Origin: Squalus acanthias
Lineage: Eukaryota
Direction: 5' to 3'
Length of the DNA stretch: 64,000 nt
NCBI GenBank assembly: GCA_030390025.1
Contig: CM059425.1
Span: 162,194,001-162,258,000, forward strand
The notes beneath the pieces were generated by a model, which worked only from the letters and a program-made list of their open reading frames with translations, searched no databases and was not told the DNA's origin. Below, piece after piece: positions 25,030 to 33,678 of this stretch. The position numbers and the translations under genes are program-made. Every line of letters starts with the position of its first letter. Within the stretch, counting starts at the first letter, position 1.

Positions 25030-25437
25030 TGTGTTAGTTGTGTTCCTGTGCAAAAGGTTCTCTTTGTGTCGTTAGTTACCACATTTATAGGCCATGTGTA
25101 GCACAACTAGATGCAGACTAAAGCTCCCACGCCTCTGCCCCAACAATGTGCCTTAGCCAGAACCTCAGGAGGAGCACCCCTACAGCATCAGGATGACACT
25201 TCTTTCAATTTCTCATACCAGCCATCCTAGCTCTGATTTAGATTGCCAATTAGGGACAGTTTTGTGCAGCAGGCCTATACCTACAATGACCTGGATTGAG
25301 ACAGCCCAAACCCATTTCGTATAGGACCCGAACAGCCAGTAGACAGAAGAGACTTTTTGTTGCATCAGTTTGGACTGGATTTGAAGCTGGGTCCCAGAAG
25401 TGAAAGGTCAGTAACTAACCCACTGCAAAAGATCCCT
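25030..25437 (-). mobile_element. LF-SINE-like tRNA-derived SINE
   Basis: Minus strand cctttcacttctgggacccagcttcaaatccagtcca...ggctgttcgggtcctatacgaaatggg...gtctcaatccag...ctaattggca...aggcacattgttggggca resembles the recalled LF-SINE consensus. Confidence 0.65.
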
Positions 25438-26258
25438 GCAATTACTGTGTTGAACAAACACCATCGCCAAATCCAGCAAGCGAGTACCACCAAAATCCAG
25501 TTCATAAAATCCCATGTTATACTGCACTACTCAGCTGTGGTCTCACATTACCAGAACCACCTGTGAAAAGGAACCAGCAGAAAATAATACACATGCATCA
25601 AGATATAGGTAATAATCCTGGATCCTCCCAGAGCATTTGAGTTATCTAAGGCAGTGGTTCCCAACCTGTGGTCCGTGAAAAAATGGTCCAATCCCCTAAA
25701 ATAAACGTGTCTGTTGTTTCCACAGATGTTGAATGACCCGCCGTGTGGTTCCAGTGTTTTTATTGCTGTTTAAAGCTGGGTTTTGGGGATGAGCTGATGG
25801 AAGTGAAAACCTGCCGTGGATGGAGGGCGGGTTGGTTTTCTGGAAGGAGCAAATCAACTGGGCCGAAAAATCAGTTCCAGACAAATTCACCAAAATATTT
25901 CCCACCTCACTACCACACAACGGCAAGTACTGCTCCGCTCTATCATATAAACCCAACCAGTGGCCCCTCAATTCAACAATCTTCACCAGTGGGGACCAGT
26001 GTCCCCACTATTATACAACCTCAGGTGTGCATGTACGGAGTGTGGGTCTTTGACAGTGGGTTTTATACAACAGCAGCCGCCAGTCCTCTTGTGTCACACT
26101 AAGTAAAACTAGATGTCATAAATATATGATCCTCAATAATAAATCCAGTCGGGAATTCAGGAAAAACTTTTTTATGCGAAGAGTGGTTGGAATGTGGAAC
26201 ACGATACCACAGGTACCAGATATCAGTGAGGGGAGCAGAGAAATTTCAGCCGTGAGTT

Positions 26259-26332
26259 GGCTCCGTGGCTTAGCTGGTCAAAGAGCTTGTCTTGTATATA
26301 GGAGAGCCTGGCTTCGATTCCCACCGTGGCAT
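26259..26332 (+). pseudogene. tRNA-Thr pseudogene (anticodon reads TGT)
   Basis: ggctccgtggcttagctggtcaaag...gtcttgtatataggaga...ttcgattccca matches the vertebrate tRNA-Thr body with many substitutions; followed by a T-run. Confidence 0.8.
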
Positions 26333-27457
26333 TTTTTAAAGAACAAAATATTCTCTTATGATCCCACAGAGGTTGGTTGCTTCTAGTTTGAAAGTGCTGC
26401 AATCCTTTGGGATGGGAACGGATAAAGGCTCATCGCACGCACATCACAAATACATATTAAAGTCTGACTGTCATTCGGCCAACATGCTAACATTTCCTCC
26501 AGTCTGCAACAGAAAGTTATCGGTTTATTAATGCCGATTAAAACAATTATTCATCGTGATACTGCCTTTAATTATATGTTCGTGTAATTGATTTAATAAA
26601 CTGCCCAACTGTTATATAAAAATCAGACCGAAAATCAAACACGTGCTCTGGTTGCAAAGAATTCCAACCCCTGGCCCACCAAGGAATGCTCCATCCAGCA
26701 GCTGTCAGAGGTGTAAATATACTGGATGCATTCCTGCTAGATACAAATGTATTCCTGACTTGTGTTCGATGTAAATGTTTATTATCTCTGCAAGTTACAA
26801 GTGTCTGTAGATATATCTGAATTCATTATTCATTTATTGGGACGCATCTGTTTAATTGTGAATTGAGGCAGTGCATTCCAGATCCCAACAACTCGCAGTT
26901 TAAAAAAAAATGGTTCCTAATGTCGCCTCGGATTCTTCTGCCAATCACCTTCAATCTGTTTCCTCTGGTCACTGACTCTTTAACCACTAGAAAAATGTTT
27001 CTCCTCACTTACGATATCAAACCCGTTCATGAATTTAAACACCTCTGTCAAAACCTCTGCTCTAAGGAGAACAACCCCAGCTTCTCCAGTTCCCCACATT
27101 CTGAAATCCCTCATCCCTGGTACCATTCTAGTAAATCACTTCTGTTCATTTCTTCCTTCTAATAAATAACTACAGTGAAACGCTTCTGAGAAAAAGCACG
27201 TAGAGAATAAAAAAGTGAGAAATAAATACTGAGCAAAATGGATGTGAATGTTTAAGAACATAAGAAATAGGAGCAGGAGTAGGCTATTCGGCCCTTCGAG
27301 CCTGCTCCGCCATTCAATGAGATCATGGCTGATCTTAGAAGGTGAAATAACAGAAGATCTGGGTTTTATGATTGGTCAGTGAGAGGAATCCATCTTTCAA
27401 CCGGGCTTTGGCCGTTCGATTTACTGATAAAGACAGACAGAGAACTGTTGCAGACAG

Positions 27458-27530
27458 GACCGGCTAGCTCAGTCGGTAGCACATGATACTCTTAATCTCA
27501 GGGTCGTGGGTTCCAGCCCCACGTTGGGCG
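27458..27530 (+). tRNA. tRNA-Lys(CTT), full length but probably pseudogenised
   Basis: 73 nt, 5 differences from the canonical vertebrate sequence including the T-loop/B box (TTCC for TTCG) and stem mismatches; TTTTT downstream. Confidence 0.85.
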
Positions 27531-28020
27531 GTTATTTTTACTGCTGATTTTACAGGCGATCCCTCGCTCTGAATTCCGCAGCAGAGAGTCCAAGGAGTGT
27601 TTGATGTAAATGAGATTCAACAACAATATCAGAAAATCTCTCCATGATTCTGAAATCTTATCGCTCTCTCGTTGAACTTCATATCATTTCACCTGCAGCT
27701 CGGCGTCAGTGCGGCTCAGTGGGACTTCGGGCCAGTCTCACCCTTCACAACGCATCAGTGCCGGGAAAACGACGGGGAATTTTACACACATGTTGTGCTC
27801 TGTAACTTCTTATAAAAACTTCAGTATACTTCACTACGTGTCCAACCCTGTGAGGTCTCCCCTGGTGTGTCAGCTTTAGATGTTTATAAACACGTCAGCA
27901 GAACATTAACATAACCTGAGCTCCGAGATCTGGCCGGGTCCCATTCCCCCGAAGTGATTAATGAGCAGGAGGGATTGGAGTTTCTTTAAAAGAATGACAC
28001 GAAAATCACTTTGATGTGAG

Positions 28021-28048
28021 GCCGAAATAGCTCAGGTGGAATTCGGCG
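28021..28048 (+). pseudogene. Internally deleted tRNA-Phe remnant
   Basis: 5' GCCGAAATAGCTCAG joined to 3' TTCGGC, then a T-run. Confidence 0.6.
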
Positions 28049-28553
28049 GCTTTTAGATATTTTGTGTCTCTTTCTTTGGGTCCTTTTCTCGAACTTACCA
28101 ATTTAAACTGAAGTCTTTTATCCGCCACTGAAGGGTTGGGTTTGAATAGGAAGAGACATCAAGGATGGAAACTATTTCTATTGGCTGTATTTAGCTTTTA
28201 TTTCTCTATCTCCTTCTGCCCCTTTCTCTGGTTTTTGTCTCTCGGTGCCGAGTGAACATTTGATTTGATGCATTTGTCCTAAACTGATGCCTTTTACACA
28301 TCTCGGGGCGGTCAGATACGCTCTGTCTGTCTGTTACTGCTTGTGATTATTAACAGGAACAGGCCGCGAGTTAAATGTTTATCAGCAAACCGAAGAAAGA
28401 CAAATAAACAGAGAGATGTGTTGCTCCGCCCAGTGCAAAGGTGAAATGGATGTTATTGAAAATAATTTCCCCCTGACAGTTTGTGTAGATTTTTTGTAAA
28501 GTCTGGATTTTCAATGTCAGGAGAAACCGAAAAGGTAAGAAATAAACTGCTGA

Positions 28554-28626
28554 TGACCCGTACAGGGATTAAACCCGTGCCCTTAGCGATATTAGCACCA
28601 CGCTCTAAACAACTGTGATAAAAGCT
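28554..28626 (-). pseudogene. tRNA-Ile(AAT) pseudogene
   Basis: tgacccgtacagggattaaacccgtgcccttagcgatattagcaccacgctctaaacaactg is the degenerate reverse complement of tRNA-Ile-AAT. Confidence 0.82.
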
Positions 28627-28638
28627 GTCCGGATTGTA

Positions 28639-28656
28639 CGAGCCCCACGCTGGGCG
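28639..28656 (+). pseudogene. 3' fragment of a second tRNA-Lys(CTT)
   Basis: cgagccccacgctgggcg followed by a T-rich tract. Confidence 0.65.
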
Positions 28657-29145
28657 GTTTGTGTTTTACTTCTCACACTGGGTCACAGAGTTATCGTACA
28701 GATAATGAACACACCACATCCCTTAAACATGATTCCGATATAAAATAATCACTGTTCGATAAACACCGAGTGTGTATATCGATAGTAACAGAGAAAGAGC
28801 ACTTAATTGTGAAAAGAATGATTGCACTAACAGTGAAGGGTAATCTGCTGGCCTCCGCCATTCTAATCCTGTGACTGTGGGAGTTTGGTTCGGGCAGAGG
28901 ATTCACTGTGACGACACGAATACCAACGCCCACCACCGCCCGCACAATCCATGTTAAACCTGAAAAGTGTCTGGCAAAAGTTCGGAACAGGCAGAGAGGA
29001 AGTAACTTTTCAGAGAGGTTTGTGTTTCTGAATCCCTAAGTCTTCTGGCTCTTTTTGACATGTCCTCATTCAATGTACAGACCCTCTCCTCAATCTGCCC
29101 CTCGAGACCAGTCACCTCACATTTCTCTCCAGCTAATTTCAAAAC

Positions 29146-30912
29146 ATGTTTTACACACCCCTCCAGGATTGTCCTGGAGTCCCCAATACTGTGTCAATTG
29201 TAGCACTTTCTGAAATACTACCCTTGTCATGTGTTATTCAAGAGATCAAGACCTTGATCAAGACCTTCGATCCAGACCTTCAAAACATCCTACGCGCTCT
29301 CATCCCACGTACTCCCCGCGTGGGAGACTTCTACTGCCTCCCAAAGATACACAAAGCCAACACACCCGGACGTCCTATCGTATCAGGCAATGGAACCCTG
29401 TGTGAGAACCTCTCTGGATACGTCGAGGGCATTCTGAAACCCATCGTACAGGGAACCCCCAGCTTCTGTCGCGACACTACAGACGTCTTACAGAAACTCA
29501 GCACCCACGGACCAGTTGAACCAGGAACACTCCTTGCAACGATGGACGTATCGGCACTCTACACCAGTATCCCCCACGATGACGGCATCGCTGCAACAGC
29601 CTCAGTACTCAACATCAACAACAGCCAATCTCCAGACGCCATCCTACAACTCATCCGCTTCATCCTTGACCACAATGTCTTCACCTTCGACAACCATTTT
29701 TTTACCCAAACACACGGAACAGCCATGGGGACCAAATTCGCACCCCAATACGCCAACATCTTCATGCACAAGTTCGAGCAAGACTTCTTCGCTGCACAGG
29801 ACCTCCAGCCAACGCTGTACACCAGATACATCGACGACATTTTCTTCCTTTGGACCCATGGCGAAGGATCACTGAAAAGACTACACGATAACATAAACAA
29901 GTTCCATCCCACCATCAAACTCACCATGGACTACTCCTCAGAATCGGTCTCATTCCTGGACACACGAATCTCCATCAAAGACAGACACCTCAGCACTTCA
30001 CTCTACCGCAAGCCCACGGACAACCTCACGATGCTCCACTTCTCCAGCTTCCACCCTAACCATGTTAAAGAAGCCATCCCCTATGGACAAGCCCTGCGAA
30101 TACACAGGATCTGCTCAGACGAGGAGGAACGCGATGGACACCTACGGACGCTGAAAAACGCCCTCGTAAGAACGGGATATGACGCTCGACTCATCGATCG
30201 ACAGTTCCGACGGGCCACAGCGAAAAATCGCATAGACCTCCTCAGAAGGCAAACACGGGACACAACCAACAGGGTACCCTACGTCGTCCAGTACTTCCCC
30301 GGAGCGGAGAAACTACGCCATGTTCTTCGCAGCCTTCAACATGTCATCGATGACGACAAACACCTCGCTAAGGCCATCCCCACGCCTCCACGACTTGCCT
30401 TCAAACAGCCGCCTAACCTCAGAAGTACCATCGTTCGCAGCAAATTACCCAGCTTTCAGGATAACAGCGACCACGACACCACACAACCCTGCCATGGCAA
30501 ACTCTGCAAGACATGCCAGATCATCAACACAGATACCACCATCACACGTGAGGACACTACCCAAAAGGTACATGGTACATACTCATGTGACTCGGCCAAC
30601 GTTGTCTACCTCATACGTTGCAGGAAAGAATGCACCGCGGCATGGTACATCGGCGAGACCATGCAGACACTGAGACAACGTATGAACGAGCACCGCGCAA
30701 CAATCGCCAGGCAGAATTGTTACCTCCCAGTCGGGGAACACTTCAGCAGTCAAGGACATTCAGCCTCGGATCTGCGGGTAAGCGTTCTCCAAGGCAACCT
30801 TAGAAACACACGACAACGCAAAATCATCGAGCAGAAACTGATAGCCAAGTTCCGCACTCATGAAGACGGTCTCAATCAGGATCTTGGGTTTATGTCACGA
30901 TACATGACGTGA
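29146..30912 (+). CDS. Penelope reverse transcriptase plus GIY-YIG endonuclease ORF (588 aa; first ~33 codons from flanking DNA)
   Basis: FYCLPKIHK, MDVSALYTSIPH, GTAMGTKFAPQYAN, RYIDDIF, PCHGKLCKTC, NVVYLIRC...WYIGET, RMNEH; no stops. Confidence 0.88.
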   Translation: MFYTPLQDCPGVPNTVSIVALSEILPLSCVIQEIKTLIKTFDPDLQNILRALIPRTPRVGDFYCLPKIHKANTPGRPIVSGNGTLCENLSGYVEGILKPIVQGTPSFCRDTTDVLQKLSTHGPVEPGTLLATMDVSALYTSIPHDDGIAATASVLNINNSQSPDAILQLIRFILDHNVFTFDNHFFTQTHGTAMGTKFAPQYANIFMHKFEQDFFAAQDLQPTLYTRYIDDIFFLWTHGEGSLKRLHDNINKFHPTIKLTMDYSSESVSFLDTRISIKDRHLSTSLYRKPTDNLTMLHFSSFHPNHVKEAIPYGQALRIHRICSDEEERDGHLRTLKNALVRTGYDARLIDRQFRRATAKNRIDLLRRQTRDTTNRVPYVVQYFPGAEKLRHVLRSLQHVIDDDKHLAKAIPTPPRLAFKQPPNLRSTIVRSKLPSFQDNSDHDTTQPCHGKLCKTCQIINTDTTITREDTTQKVHGTYSCDSANVVYLIRCRKECTAAWYIGETMQTLRQRMNEHRATIARQNCYLPVGEHFSSQGHSASDLRVSVLQGNLRNTRQRKIIEQKLIAKFRTHEDGLNQDLGFMSRYMT

Positions 30913-31337
30913 TCCGGACTCGAGTCGTCGTTAGCTTGTTCACAGATGTGATTCCCAGTAAAAAAGTAAAAATTTTCCCAGTAAAAAAGTAAATTTTTTT
31001 TAAAGCTTTTCGTTTTACATACAGACGGCAGCTTTTGACACGTTAGAACCCCTGCGACTACACCTCATTGTCTCAGTTGTATCTTGCTATGTCTTTGATG
31101 TGGTACCTTCCTGGCTGACTTAATTAACTTTATCACACCTCGGCAGATAGTCAGGATGATTTAATTTATTGGTCTGCAATTGTAAAGTACACATGCTTTG
31201 TTTTCTATCTATATATGCTTTGGCGATTCTGTATCTAATTTACTTCACCTGAGGAAGGAGCAATCGATAGCTCCGAAAGCTTGTGATTTCAAATAAAACT
31301 GTTGGACTATAACCTGGTGTTGTGCGACCTCTCAATT
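29246..31337 (+). mobile_element. Penelope-like element (second family), 5'-truncated, 12-bp TSD
   Basis: TTATTCAAGAGA at 29234-29245 and 31338-31349; RT plus GIY-YIG ORF; hammerhead near the 3' end. Confidence 0.92.
31245..31286 (+). ncRNA. Minimal hammerhead ribozyme
   Basis: UCAC-CUGAGGA-A-GGAGC-loop-GCUCC-GAA-AGCU-U-GUGA. Confidence 0.78.
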
Positions 31338-31759
31338 TTATTCAAGAGAGACAGAGGGGAATTAGACAGACCAAGCGTCGCTGAGCCTTTGCTGTAGTGA
31401 AACAGGAGTTTGTTTCATGACACATTGCTACAGCTTTCGGAATAGAGGGAGCTTATAGAGACCTGATGGGTTCCACCGAAACAAAATAATTTGAGGTGTT
31501 GGCAGGCAGGACAGACAGAATGTGGTGAGTGTTTAAACTAGATGTGGAGGTTGTTGCTGTAGTTATTCTATGGAGTTCCTTCAAGGAGGTGAATCTGAAT
31601 GCAATGGATCAACGTGTACCCATGCAAAGCAAAGGTACTCAGCGTCATCATGTCCAGCCTGGTTCAAAGGAACGAACAAACAATTCATCCAGAAGAGAAA
31701 AAGGGATTTAAGGACATGACGGTAAATGGCACAGAATTCAGGCGGCTTCAAAACCATGA

Positions 31760-31878
31760 GAAATACCAACAGAAAACACTGGAAGAACTCAGCAGGCCAG
31801 GCAGCATCCGTGGAGAGAGAAACAGAGTTAACGTTTCAGGTCGAAGACCTTTCATCTGAAGACCTTTCGTCAAAACTA
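31760..31878 (-). mobile_element. Short Penelope terminal fragment with degenerate, partly duplicated hammerhead
   Basis: Homologous to 8560-8661; gaagacctttc duplicated. Confidence 0.8.
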
Positions 31879-32119
31879 TAAAGCAAGACAAGAGTGTAAA
31901 AACTGCAACAGAATGGCGAAGAACAATTTCACATTGAACATGGCAAGTGAAGAGAAGGGTAATAATAGTGCCAGAGGTAAGTTGTGACATTATTCACAAA
32001 ATGTTTTAAACGGCTTGCTTACGTTGTGGTCCGCAAAAGCTTTTGATGACGATGTAGTGATCCGCATAAAGGAAAAGGTTGGGAACTGCTGATCTAAGGC
32101 AAGTTGCATCATGCCTGTT

Positions 32120-33571
32120 TGTAAGATACCCTAGTTGTGTGTACATATTGTAAGACTTGCGGAAATCGCCCCTCATCCCGTCCAACAGTTTCCAAAGTTC
32201 AGACCAGTCAAACAGACAACACAAAACCCAATGAATCTGTGAAAAACTTCTTTTACTTAAAAATCAGCAAGAGATTACAAGTAAGAATCCGATAGTTATG
32301 TAGCGTATAACAAATCCCGATTATACTTCAGCATACACAGAGCTCTCCCTTTACTTTAAGCTCAAGCAAAACAATTCCAGATTATACTTCAGCATACACA
32401 GAGCTATCGCTTTACTTTAAGCTCAAGCAAAACACCACATACGTACCAACACCAGCGATTGGTCAATTCGCCGATGACTAGACGTATGATTTCTGAAAAC
32501 TGACCAGGTTGTCCGGCTGCAGCACCGAATGTCTTGAAACAGCACCTTTTACACCCTAAAATTTGGCAAACCTCCCACCGCATACGTGTCCCAAATTATG
32601 TTAGTAATGGTCAGCAGTTGTTTCTCAGACCCTCTTATCACTAGTACGTTAAGCATCTGTGGGCCTTCAAGGCCGGTTACATTCCATAGTCTAAAGATGT
32701 TTCTGTTTTTGCAATGGCTTAACAGTTCAATAGTCTGTTCCCTTAGAACTTTTCCAAATCTGTTTCCCTTATCTGTTGATAGCTTTCACATCTTCAGAAA
32801 GTCTGTTTCTGTCCAAGGTCTTCTTTATCTGTGAACAGTTTTTCGTATATGTTCCCACAGGAACCTCTCAGCCTCTCAAAGCATGCTGGTATATTAAATT
32901 TGGTCAACTTTTAAGTTTGGTCAAGTTATAGCAAAATTTACAGCAAATAGCTTATTCTTACAATATATACACACACATGATTAGAATTTGGTTTAATCTT
33001 AGGATTAAAGTTTTTGGTTTCATTTTCCTTATAGCTTGTAGATTTGTACAGTAGCTAGAAATAACAAAATGGTTAAAGTTGTTCATTCCCAGGATGCTTT
33101 AGGGTTTAAATGTATCAGTGTAAAATTTAGATGACACTTTAGTTTTTGCTTAAACTGCAGGATGTGTGATTCGTGTCTCTTCATGACCAGTGTGAAACGG
33201 GATAGCCAATACTGAGATAGGAAGCAAGGCAATAGGACAGGATGGAAAACAAGTTGGCACCTGTTGTTTTGAAGGAAATATTTCCTTTCTGTGGTCTTGT
33301 TCACAATAACATGTCATGCCATAATGAATCAGCAATGACTGTTCGTGAGAGTTGACCTATAAAATCTTAAACATTTCTTAACAAGTTGTTGAGAGTCGGG
33401 TTCAAAAAGAAGCAACAAGATTACATCTCCACCTGGGGAAAACGCAGTAATATTTTTTTATTTCTCTATATGCCTACTGCTTAAAGATATTGTGTGTGTC
33501 TGGACTTGGTAGAATACAATAAAGAGAGTATGTTGCAAACCATATTTGCTGTCGGAATCGAACGGTTTACA
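32120..33571 (+). mobile_element. Solo LTR (family A) interrupted by another LTR
   Basis: TGTAA...TTACA ends, TGTT 4-bp TSD, aataaa near the 3' end; homologous to 43302-44065. Confidence 0.85.
32149..32962. mobile_element. Solo LTR (family B) nested in family A LTR
   Basis: TGTAAGA...TCTTACA ends, ATAT 4-bp TSD; internal duplication with about 61-bp period at 32319-32434. Confidence 0.8.
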
Positions 33572-33678
33572 TGTTGAACACTGTTGCTCTTCTGTCCCAC
33601 AGTAAATAATGCTGAAGAAGCAAACAGATTGATGCAGACCAAGACTGGGCCTCTCCTGTACTGGCCTTGGGAGACATT

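Larger units (their letters stand above)
25652..32091. mobile_element. Non-autonomous hAT (Charlie-like) element with genomic cargo
   Basis: TIRs CAGTGGTTCCCAACCT / AGGTTGGGAACTGCTG (14/16); perfect 8-bp TSD ATCTAAGG at 25644-25651 and 32092-32099; gtggtccg subterminal motifs at both ends. Confidence 0.85.

Noticed and set aside
27458..27530. tRNA-Lys as a functional gene
   Set aside because: B-box/T-loop change plus acceptor, D- and anticodon-stem mismatches suggest a pseudogene; a tRNAscan-SE score would decide.
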